Assembly (NCBI RefSeq): GCF_964204645.1
Contig: NC_134034.1
Location: 5,058,914 to 5,122,913 of the forward strand
Origin: Tubulanus polymorphus
Taxonomy: Eukaryota; Animalia; Nemertea
Direction of reading: 5' to 3'
DNA length: 64,000 nt
This document shows positions 11,595-21,385 of this stretch, in pieces. Both the position numbers and the translations under genes were made by a program. Positions within the stretch are counted from its first letter, which is position 1. Every line of letters begins with the position of its first letter. The notes below the pieces were generated by a model that was given only the letters and a program-made list of their open reading frames with translations, was not told the DNA's origin and made no database searches.

Positions 11595-11746
11595 AGTAAT
11601 AGGGAATAAGTTGTTTCATATCAAAGGTTGAAGGGGCGAGTGAGTAAAAAATAAAAAATAAATTCGAGTTTGCGAGAATTTATTTCTTATTTTTTATGAG
11701 CTCGACCCTTCGACCTTTGGTATGAAACAACTTATTCCCTATTACT
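11595..11746 (+). other. Terminal 152-nt imperfect palindrome (hairpin) of copy A
   Basis: The first 26 nt AGTAATAGGGAATAAGTTGTTTCATA are perfectly complementary to the last 26 nt; pairing continues to a TTTG loop. Confidence 0.95.
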
Positions 11747-12245
11747 GAGGCATACGTATCCTAAAACCCCTGTCGAAAAAATAATTTATCCCCTCTGTGA
11801 TAACAACTCTGTTGAAGACGAGAGACACTTCATTTTAGAATGCTCACATCTCTCTGTTATCAGGAATGCCCACTTTAAAACTCTCTCTGAATTTACAGAT
11901 TTCAATAACATAGGACACTCATCTAAATTTCCTTTCGTCGTGCAACCGTAATGACACTGAGATCGGTAGAACCGTCTGCAATCTCGTGAACGAACTTTTA
12001 AATTTCGTTCCTTGAGTTGAATTGAGAGATGCTACACATTGCTACTGTATTAGTTTTAATTCAATTGTATCCATTTGTCTTAATGTTCTTTTTCTCTTTC
12101 ACATATTTTAAATTGCATGCTGTTTAATTGTTTTTTATTTGTTTCCATAATTGTATTTGTATATTGTTTACTTTATTGATATGTAACTAATGCGTTTTCT
12201 TGTATACGTACGGAACAATAAAGTATTGAATTTAACTGAATTTAA
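11747..12245 (+). mobile_element. 3' fragment of a non-LTR retrotransposon (LINE)
   Basis: Degenerate C-terminal CCHC region (PLCDNNSVEDERHFILEC), T-rich 3' UTR, AATAAA and tgaatttaa tail repeats. Confidence 0.7.
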
Positions 12246-12249
12246 TTGG

Positions 12250-14302
12250 TTAACACGAGGGCGACAGCATCGATCCTCTTGGATACTGGGGCCCCAGTAA
12301 CCGTTCCTAGATGTTCAGTGTTGGAAGCCAGCCTAGGGGCCGAGTCCCCTAGGGATCTGAGACCGGTAGTTGGAAACCTTACCAAAGCAAATGGACAGGC
12401 CCTGTGATTCTGGGGGAGGCTGATGTTATCCTAGAACTAGGTGGTCTGAAATTCCTGGTCCTCATGGTTATTGCCGACGAGCTTTCAGAAGACTTTTGGG
12501 AAATTACTTCTTCCTGCGTCATAACTTTGTTCTCGGTGTCTCTCGTCACGTCCAGCAGTGGTTCCTGAATTAGATATCCCTTTGACTGAATTCTCAATCC
12601 CTAAGCTGTTGTCGAATTTTCGCCGATCGGACGACCTTCATACCGGCTTTTAGTGAGATAGATGGTGGTTGCCGGCCACTTCAAGGAAAGGTTTGGTCAC
12701 GACAATTCCATGCCGGGTATGATTGAGGGGAGTAAGCGTTCTCAATTCTGCACGGGTAAGAACTTGATCACTACGCAGAACAGGGTACGTGTCAGGATAG
12801 CAGATTTCTTGGACGCGCCGCTAAGGGTCAGGCACGGTGAACCAATCAGCTGTTTCAACCCACAGCAGTCTGTGGGGATTCTTACGGTTGCAGAAGAGGG
12901 CTGTCAACGCGATGTTGTTCTGCTTGGTTGGGGTCAACACTTTGAGACCCTATTAGAGGAGTTAAACGTACACAGCTTCGACATCCCAGACGCATTGAAG
13001 GCCAAACTTATCCAGGTTTTGCAAGAAAATCAAGATATATTTCGCGTGATGACTATGATATAGGACGGGCACGGCTGACAGAATGTGAGGAGATTCGAAG
13101 TTGGTGAAACAGCAACCACGGAGACTCCCGCCTGGACGTCGCGAATTTCTCCAGGAATACATTGGAGAGCTACTAAAGCACGACCTAATCCGCCCCTCCA
13201 GTTTTGCTTGGGCAAGCCCAATTGTTCTTGCAAGAAAAGCTGAGGTAAGCTGTGAAAGTTGAACGATTGTACTATCAATGATAGTCACCCGCTCGGTCGA
13301 ATAGATGGCCTGCTCGAGAACCTGTCTGGTTCGTCTTGGTTCTCGACCTTGGACCTGACTAGTGGATATAAGCAAGTTTCCGACAATGAGGAGGATAAAC
13401 ACAAGATTGTTTGTGTTCGAGAATAAGAGGTACGAATGGAATGTGATGCCTTTTGGTGTCACCAACGCGCCGTCATGTTTCACTCACCTGATATCGATGG
13501 CCCTGGACAAAGTTTCCTAGAAGACTGCCCTGATATACCTGGACGATGTTATCGTCAATTCGGCAGACCTTACATCTCACCTCGACAAATTGGCCGAAGT
13601 TTTCTCGTGTTTCTGGGCGGCGGGAATGAAACTGAAACCGAGGAAGTGCAATCTTAAGCACGGCGGTTGGCCTTCCTTTGCAATGTGGTAAGCGAAGCTG
13701 GGTTAGAGACAGACCCAACCAAAGTCTACAAGGTCCTAAGCTGGCCTGCACCGAAAGATGTCACCGAGGTCCGAAGGTTTCTGGGGCTGGTCACATACTA
13801 TGCCAAGTTCATAGATAACTACGCGAATATGTGCCAACCTCTACACATTCTTACCCGGAAGGATCCTGTCTGGCCTTCGACAAAATCAAGCTTGCACTCA
13901 CCCAGCCACCTGTTCGGGAAGATTTAGCTTGGATACTGATGCGAGCGATTGGGCTATTGGTGCGGTCCTTTCGCGGACACAGAACGATGGGTCCGAACGG
14001 GTCGTGGCCTATGCCAGCCGGACACTGAGGGCGGAGAAGAAAATTACTGCGCGACCCGTCGGGAGATGTTAGCTTTGGTCGACATGGTCGATCATTTACT
14101 TCCAACACTACCTTCGGGGCAAACCATTTCTGGTACGCACAGATCACGCTGCCCTCAAATGATTGGGTAGTTCACGAATACAGGAAGGCCAGGTCGCACG
14201 GTGGAACGAGAAACAAGCCGAATACGGATTTGAAATCCAGCACAGGCCAGGTGTAAAACATCAGAATGCAGACACCTTCTCCCGCATGCCGAACAAACAA
14301 CA
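12250..14302 (+). mobile_element. Degenerate Gypsy/Ty3 LTR-retrotransposon pol (protease, RT, RNase H; integrase absent)
   Basis: Frameshifted motifs LLDTG, LDLTSGY, MPFGVTNAP, YLDDV, VRRFLGLVTYY, DTDASD, ENYCATRREMLA, IQHRPGVKHQNAD. Confidence 0.9.
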
Positions 14303-14759
14303 TGTAACAAACGACTTTAGGCTTCTATTGGTTTTCCCGTTAAATGGACCAATCAGCGAACGTTGTACCGAACAAGGAAGTATTTCGCAAATCGATATAT
14401 GACGTCATACGCAACAGCGCCGGTAATGAAATCACGCTTCGTGAGGCCAGGGGTTTGTTGGAAGCGAGTTCGGAAGTGATACCGGACCCCTGGCAAGCGA
14501 GGATGGTCGAACCACGGTCTCGACTCATTTTAGGGAAGGGATGGCGTGGCGGACTCGGCTTAACCAAGTCCGTATCATTTGTTTAATTAGTCCGTTTCCG
14601 TGTTTTAATGTGAACCTGTAAGACCGGAAGCGGTCTCTTATTCTCTTGTGGTAGAATAAACCAGCTGTTGTTATTTCTATTGTTCGTGTTTATTGGTGGA
14701 AATAGGCCCACAAAAGGAGACATCCGATACGTATTCGTAAATTGAAGCGATTTGTTACA
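14303..14759 (+). repeat. LTR (457 bp)
   Basis: TGTAACAAA...TTTGTTACA inverted termini and internal AATAAA near 14656; abuts the RNase H end with no polypurine tract. Confidence 0.75.
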
Positions 14760-15228
14760 TATCTATAAAATACGTATGATCAGTTAGTCTATCTGTATTG
14801 TAGGCCTACACGTGTTACCAGTTACACAGCGAATTTGTAGAGCGGCACCGTCGCAACACGCTACAGCAGCTTGCACTAAGAGCAACGTTGATTTTTTATA
14901 GCCAAATTTGAGCAATTATATAACCATCAGAATCAAATATTGACCAAGCTGCACCTTTTATTCCAAGTATAGAATATTTGTGTCAAATATCGGTCCGCCG
15001 AACAGCATAATTAAATCGTGTCATAAAGGAACATCCACAGAAAGACCGACAGACATCACTACGATGCCATATATGGGTCTGTCTACCGAACGTACGAAAC
15101 CCATCAAAAATCAATAAACCTTTGAATATGAATGGGAAAATCATATCTATCTAATTATCTCATAGCCTTTCAAGTTATATGAAATGAATCAAACTTAAAA
15201 TCAATAGGCCTACTTATCTGACTGAATT

Positions 15229-16161
15229 TCAACAGCAGATTTTCATACAGAAATATTCACGAATTTCTCGTCCCAGTAAAAGGTATAAGTAGAAATTTAC
15301 CACATAGTTACACATAGTAAAGTGAATGAAAATGTCATAAAGAAATGCTCTCTGCTCGTGTGAGATTGGTGACAATGCAGTTAAAGTTGATGGAAGTGTG
15401 AATGTCGCAAATGCGAGTGAAACTGTTACAAGCATTATTGTGGTACGTTTTGATTTTGTAGTTTTCTGATCAGACGAAACCATTTTCAAAGCTTTGAATA
15501 ATTGAACTATTATAACAAAATTTGATGTTATTATTAAACATAACGGTAGAATATACGTGTATATCACAAATATAGAGAAACTCATTATTCGGTCAATTAA
15601 TTTATAGTAACATCCAAACGATGGATCTTTAAAATGTATCGACAAAGCAGGGCTAAGATATAGAACCAGAACGTTAGCCCCAGTAATTATCAACGTAGTA
15701 TATCGAGCGAATTTCGGTGTACATATCAAACGAGAGGTGACGGGGAAGAGCACAACTGCCGCACGTTCTAGAGATATTGCTACTATTAACCACGAGCTAT
15801 TAGCGAGTGCAAGTGACAGTGTAAATCCATTTATTTGACAACTGATCAGTGAATTCATGATATATATGGGACCATCTTTAACGTAAAAGAGAACAAACTG
15901 TAAAACAGGCAACAGTGTATAAATGGAACAGTTAATGGAATCAGTGACTGACGAAATGATAAGATAGTTTGAGTAAGACAAACTGCGGAATCTGTGACTT
16001 ATCATGATCAGAAAAGTAGCTGAATTTCCGAAGGCTCCAAACAGAAACCAGATTGGCAGAATGGCCAATAACACGATGCGGTAGATTCCAGATCTGTTGA
16101 CCACAGACATGACAACGATGTTACTGTATGTTCGACCAATTTGAATATTAGTTGAATTCAT
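15229..16161 (-). CDS. Single-exon rhodopsin-class (class A) GPCR, peptide-receptor-like/chemoreceptor-like
   Basis: 310 aa, seven hydrophobic segments, N-terminal N-glycosylation site, GN in TM1, TM3 cysteine, SLER (DRY-like), TLP in TM6, NFYLY (NPxxY-like), C-terminal CC. Confidence 0.9.
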   Translation of the reverse strand: MNSTNIQIGRTYSNIVVMSVVNRSGIYRIVLLAILPIWFLFGAFGNSATFLIMISHRFRSLSYSNYLIISSVTDSINCSIYTLLPVLQFVLFYVKDGPIYIMNSLISCQINGFTLSLALANSSWLIVAISLERAAVVLFPVTSRLICTPKFARYTTLIITGANVLVLYLSPALSIHFKDPSFGCYYKLIDRIMSFSIFVIYTYILPLCLIITSNFVIIVQLFKALKMVSSDQKTTKSKRTTIMLVTVSLAFATFTLPSTLTALSPISHEQRAFLYDIFIHFTMCNYVVNFYLYLLLGREIREYFCMKICC

Positions 16162-17489
16162 GATTCACAAGATCAAATGAGAGTGTACTGACTGTCTAAA
16201 AGTGTACCGTGACTATCTGAGAGTGTACTGAGTATCTAAGTGCTGACTCTCTAATAAGAAGGTTGTGGAACCGATCATGTTTCACCCGTGTAATGGGAAA
16301 TTAATCAAATCTTTGTATCGAGATATTTAAGTCTACGTATACTATAGCTACAATTCATTTGTATGATTTATTGTTTACGGCGAATAAAAAATCAATTCTC
16401 TGAAATCTAACACAATCAATTCATATTTTCTGAATGTCAATTATTGTGGTACTGGTAGATATAAATCTAACTAGATTAAATGTGAATATTCGTTGTTCAA
16501 TAATTCATTGTAAATGGTGAAATATATATGTTATAGTAAAACATCTGAAGAGTTGGAAAATATGTATCAGTTCTCTACAGGGAAAATACATGTCACAGAA
16601 GTAGGCCTATCAGTTTATTATTCAACCAAATGGCAGTAGCCATCGAGTTCTCAGTGCCAATTCTCTACTACTAGAATGAAATAGCCTTATTCACACTGGT
16701 CAGTGTTCTCAGCTCCGCGGTATTTGAAGGATCGGGAGCAATAGAATACAACCTTGGTCCTTACCACCTGACCACAGCCCTACTACCCCTACCACATATA
16801 ATAAATCCCCAATCACATAAATAATTCCCAACCCCACAAACCCATAACCTCCAATCAAAATCCGACTGAAATGAGGAGCAAACTGAAGAATATAACTAAT
16901 GGAACATACACGCGAACACTTTAAAAACGACTTTCATCATCACTCCGCAATATCCACTATGAGGGACACATGGGCATTTCCTCAATGAATTTCTGTCCCA
17001 TGTCACGTCAACACTCTGTTGTGATACAATCGTGATATCAACACTGTTGGCTTTCAAAACCATTACTGAAATCCTTTGACTTTGACGGTTTCATTTCATT
17101 GAAACTAGGACTACCGATCTGATCCACAAAAATCAAGCACAAAATTGAGTCACCTCTGCGTTTCTTCAAGTGGGGGTTAAGCGTTAATGTATGTATCCCC
17201 ATCAATCATTTTCCGCAAAACCTTCTCATCATCGAGAGAACTGCAGAACGACGGTAATAAGGCAGGAATCATCACCTAAGATCATCAAAGTGAAACACGA
17301 CCTAAGGGCTACACTGTACCTTCAACGCACTAACACCTAAATGCCAACAACGGATGATATCAAAGTCCGAACAACTATACAACAGGTAAACGTTAATAAG
17401 GATACCAGTCTAGCCCGCGGGAGCCAGAATGGCATGAGCCGAGACTGCAGATCCTGTAGCCTTCTGTGGCTCAGGACTATTATTTTACT

Positions 17490-17636
17490 AGTAATTGTAT
17501 AAATGGGGGTTCATACCAAAGGTCGAAAGGGCGAGCTCATTAAAAAAAATTCTCGCACCCTCGAATTTATTTTTTTAAATTTTTCACTCACTCTCCACTT
17601 CAACCTTTGATATGAACCCCCATTTATACAATTACT
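17490..17636 (-). other. Terminal hairpin of copy B
   Basis: AGTAATTGTATAAATGGGGGTTCATA ... TATGAACCCCCATTTATACAATTACT; inner core homologous to copy A. Confidence 0.95.
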
Positions 17637-17750
17637 CTAATAATTCCATGTATATGAATATCATATATATGAATAACATATATAAATGAAAATCATATTC
17701 ATGAATGATATATAAATGAAATCAATTTTAATAGAAAATTTGTTATTAAA

Positions 17751-18116
17751 ATGTAGAGTAAACAAGTACACAGTGAGAACAAAAAATCATTCTTAGAAAG
17801 AATTAAAGATACTACAAATGTCAAATCTGTAGATTATAATTTCAAAAAGTTAACAGAATTAACATTACATAAGAAATATTTAATCACAAATATTGAAACA
17901 ATTACTACTAGGTATGGTAACAAATTAGTTATTCACTAAGAATATGAAGGATTGAAAGGAAATAAATATAAATTCAGAACATATTTACTAGATAGATTTC
18001 ATAGATTATCTAGTGAAGATATTGAAGAAGTGTGTTCTGGTGATTTCTATTTTATACATTAAGATAAGAATGAAAAAGGGCACCATGATATAGATTTCGA
18101 ATATAAAGTTATGTAA
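17751..18116 (+). pseudogene. Small viral protein, possibly OB-fold/ssDNA-binding-like, with three in-frame stops
   Basis: Single frame M*SKQ...FKKLTELTLHKKYLITNIETITTRYGNKLVIH*...FRTYLLDRF...; not in the ORF track; the fold is a guess. Confidence 0.5.
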
Positions 18117-18135
18117 AATCAATTTTCATGAAATA

Positions 18136-18410
18136 AAAAGTAACGAGTAATTAACGAGTTGATAAAAATAAGCTTTCTTAACTAAAAACATAGTAAATAA
18201 TCAAATTTTTGAATATACAAAGTGACGAGTAATTAACGAGTTGATAAAAATAAGCTTTCTTAACTAAAAACATAGTAAATAATCAAATTTTTGAATATAA
18301 AAAGTAACGAGTAATTAACGAGTTAATAAAAATAAGCTTTCTTAACTAAAAACATAATAAATTAATCAAATTTTTAAATATAAAGAGTAACGAGTAATTA
18401 ACGAGTTGAA
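18136..18410 (+). repeat. 82-bp tandem repeat, about 3.3 units (core TAACGAGTAATTAACGAGTT x4)
   Basis: Cores at 18141, 18223, 18305 and 18388; one reverse-complement core at about 59530-59549. Confidence 0.9.
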
Positions 18411-18445
18411 GAAAATATCAATTTTAATGAAAAAATTACTAATAA

Positions 18446-18995
18446 ATGAATGAACAGATACTGCAATTCAAAGATATCGATTTACATGAATTCGAAAAAA
18501 AAAATTTTACAATTAAACATTTTATTCCTATTCAAGATTTGATTAAAACTGCACGTGTTCGTTTCCAAGTGAATAATATTACTGAATGTTTAAAAATCAT
18601 TATCTAATGATAGGGTTATCTAATGAAAAAGATAAAATCTTCAATACAATAATTCCAAAATTCACAACATTTGATGAAATAGTTAAACATTTAATAATTA
18701 CAGATGAAATACGATCACTTTTTAATAATGAAAATTCACATAAAACATTATTTTTACACTTACGTCATTGCCCTTTCAGAGAATGCTATGTAATGTTTTT
18801 CAGAGTACAAAAAAAACATTTATCCCTGACATTCCAAATGAAAAATCATTCAAAGATGTGGGAATTCAATGTAATTTAGACAATAACATCCAAACACCTA
18901 AATATGAACCTAATGAAAAAGCGTTATGTAATTGTGGAAAATATTATGCTCGAAGCAATAAATCACATTATCTCAAATCAAAATATCATAACTAA
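18446..18995 (+). pseudogene. Frameshifted viral protein with C-terminal CxC...H...H zinc finger
   Basis: ORFs 18586-18879 and 18768-18995 (LCNCGKYYARSNKSHYLKSKYH); homologs at 21142-21369 with 23050-23212, and at about 59300-59417. Confidence 0.65.
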
Positions 18996-19079
18996 AAAAT
19001 AATAATTCAACTCTTAATATTCATATATTCAGATATTTCAAATTAGTTATCAATCTTTTAATTTTTTTTCCTTAAATAA

Positions 19080-19303
19080 ATGAATGAGAATGATTTCAGC
19101 ATTCAACTGGAAAAAGTGATTTAAAACATTATTTACTTGCTGGAGGTTTAATATTGGCTGCGCTTTATTTTTACTATGAGAATATCAGTAAGGATCTGAT
19201 GAATGAAAATGTGAAATTGAGTAAGAAATTAAAGAAATTAAATGGAAATCATGAAAATAAAAAGAATAAAAAAGTTAATTTAGAAAATGATTTAGAGGAT
19301 TAA
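19080..19303 (+). pseudogene. Small single-TM/coiled-coil protein, frameshifted in this copy
   Basis: Homologous to open ORFs 20785-21078 and 58872-59090 (SDLKHYLVAGGLILA). Confidence 0.65.
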
Positions 19304-19369
19304 GAATTAATTAATTAAGGATTAAGCGTCTTTTAATTTAATATATTTTTTTATATTTTAACTATAAAA

Positions 19370-19657
19370 ATGAGTGAAAATATATTAAATTTATAAATAA
19401 TATTTACAGAAATCAAGAGCGCATTAAGTTGATTATAATGGTTTCTGGATTAGTTTCATTTTCAGTTCATAGTTTGAAACAGTTATTGGATTTATTTGAT
19501 GACTGTAAAATTAAATATCTAGAATTAAAAGATAATATGAATTAAATTTCAGATAGATTGAATAATATTAAGTGTTGTGAAATATGCAATAAGAAGTATA
19601 AAAATTCAAAGAGTTTAAGAAATCATAAATATATTCACGAATTAAATGATAAATAAT
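19370..19657 (+). pseudogene. Small protein with hydrophobic segment and C2H2 zinc finger
   Basis: ...IKLIIMVSGLVSFSV...CEICNKKYKNSKSLRNHKYIH; homolog at about 58520-58811 on the minus strand. Confidence 0.6.
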
Positions 19658-20320
19658 ATAATTCAAATTAAGTTTTTTAATTTATTCATATATGATATTG
19701 TGATTCTTTAGGCGGCACTAAAATAATACAAGAGTGATACTAAGTTAGTTGGTTTATTAAAATTCTTATTCAATTCTAGTTAAATGTAAAGTAATTTAGT
19801 GTTAACAAGAATTGAATAAAAAACATTAAAAAAAACAATAAGATTCTTAAACATTACTAACTTATAGAAACAATAATTAGTATCATTCTTTAGAATTATA
19901 TCATAATCTAGTGCTGAATAAAGAATATGATATTCATCTGATAGATTCATTGTAATATTCTTTCCATAATGATAAAAATAAATATATATTTGAATGTAAT
20001 TTATAACTTTCCAGTGTTGAAATATAAAATACATTGGTAGAAAATATAAATTATATTAGCTGAAAGTACAAAATATATTAGTTAAAAATATGAATATGTT
20101 AGAATTTAGAATGTGTATAAGTGTACGAGTGTACGAATTGGAAGAATTGTACGAGTTTGATTTTAAGTTATTTTATCAATTTCATACCATATTTAAATAT
20201 TATTTCAATAAAATAAGATATTTCAATTAATACCCCCTTGTGTCTTTATTGTCTTTAGTACTTTTAGTACAGAAAGAATATATGTTTATATTATTAGTAC
20301 TTAGAAAAAAAAACATATAT

Positions 20321-20797
20321 AAATATAGCTGCAAAGCAGCGATAACGGGTTTTCTGGATGCATGTGATCGAAAGGAAAAATTAATTACCGGGTATTCGAT
20401 GGAAAAAATAAAATGAGATGATTTGGATATTATCGGAGCAATCCTCTTTTTGGTTGAATGGTCTAACCCCAGTATAGTCCCCGTGATTTGGAAATTCTCG
20501 GAGCCCTCCTTTATTTACTAACTAAATGACGTCACAAACTGTTATTTCGCCGGTGCTTGTTGTCTAAAAATTCAATTCAATTCTTTATTTACAGTAACCT
20601 AATAAGTAATTTTAAGTTTCAAATAGGATGGAAAGTACATTCAGACAATCTGTTGGTTCAGAGAGACCGTTATTACAGTATCAATTTATACATTTCATTT
20701 CGAAGCTGTCAGTTGCCGAATCTGAATCAAAATATATAATAATAATAATAATCAACAGAATTTCAAGAGGGTTTTCGACGAAAGTCAGAAAACCCTA
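20321..20797 (-). mobile_element. Helentron-type non-autonomous element (HINE)
   Basis: Ends are the reverse complement of those at 26410-27687: GGGTTTTC..GAAAACCC hairpin/sub-terminal repeat, and GAAAACCC plus GCTGC..GCAGC hairpin. Confidence 0.7.
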
Positions 20798-21385
20798 ATA
20801 AATCTATCAGAATAAATATTTTTATCATTATTGAAATTGTAATATAGAGAATCTGTGTCATTTATTACTGAATTTAAATTATCTTTTTTATTCTTTTTAT
20901 CTTTATGATTTCCATTTAATTTCTCTAATTCCTTACTCAATTTCACATTTTCATTCATCAGGTCCTTACTGATATTCTCATGATAGATATAAAGCGCAGC
21001 CAATATTAAACCTCCAGCAACTAAATAATGTTTTAAATCACTTTTTCCAGTTGGAATGCTGAAATCATTCTCATTCATTTGTTTAAGGAAAAAAATTAAA
21101 AGATTGATAAGTAATTTGAAATATCTTATTATGAAGAATATTTAGAGTTGAATTATTATTTTTGAGTTATGATATTTTGATTTAAGATGATGTGATTTAT
21201 TGCTTCGAGTATAATATTTTCCACAATTACATAACGCTTTTTCATTAGGTTCATATTTAGGTGTTTCGATTTTATTGTCTAAATTACATTGAATTCCCAC
21301 ATCTTTGAATGATTTTTCAATGTCGGGGATAAATGTTTTTTCTTGTACTCTGAAAACATTAAATAGCATTCTCTGAAAGGGCCAT

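Larger units (their letters stand above)
1..11746. mobile_element. Endogenous Polinton/Maverick-like virus (copy A), right part; left end lies outside the window; several genes disrupted
   Basis: Compact, intronless, very AT-rich gene cluster with capsid-like protein, packaging ATPase, rve integrase and HNH nuclease, in two convergent blocks. Ends at ...ATTACT (11746), consistent with the Polinton 5'-AG...CT-3' terminus, then switches abruptly to LINE sequence. No pPolB or protease seen in the window. Confidence 0.88.
17490..20300 (+). mobile_element. Copy B: hairpin-ended terminal fragment or non-autonomous relative of the virus
   Basis: Starts with the homologous palindrome, followed by AT-rich small pseudogenes; colinear (reverse complement) with 57730-59100. 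Right boundary approximate. Confidence 0.8.

Noticed and set aside
12379-14586. Many overlapping short ORFs on both strands
   Set aside because: Frameshifted pieces or antisense shadows of the degenerate Gypsy pol and LTR.
17481-20320. Target-site duplications and second termini for copies B and C
   Set aside because: The flanking hexamers (tttact for B, tattgc for C) were not found at plausible opposite ends, so neither is called a complete element.
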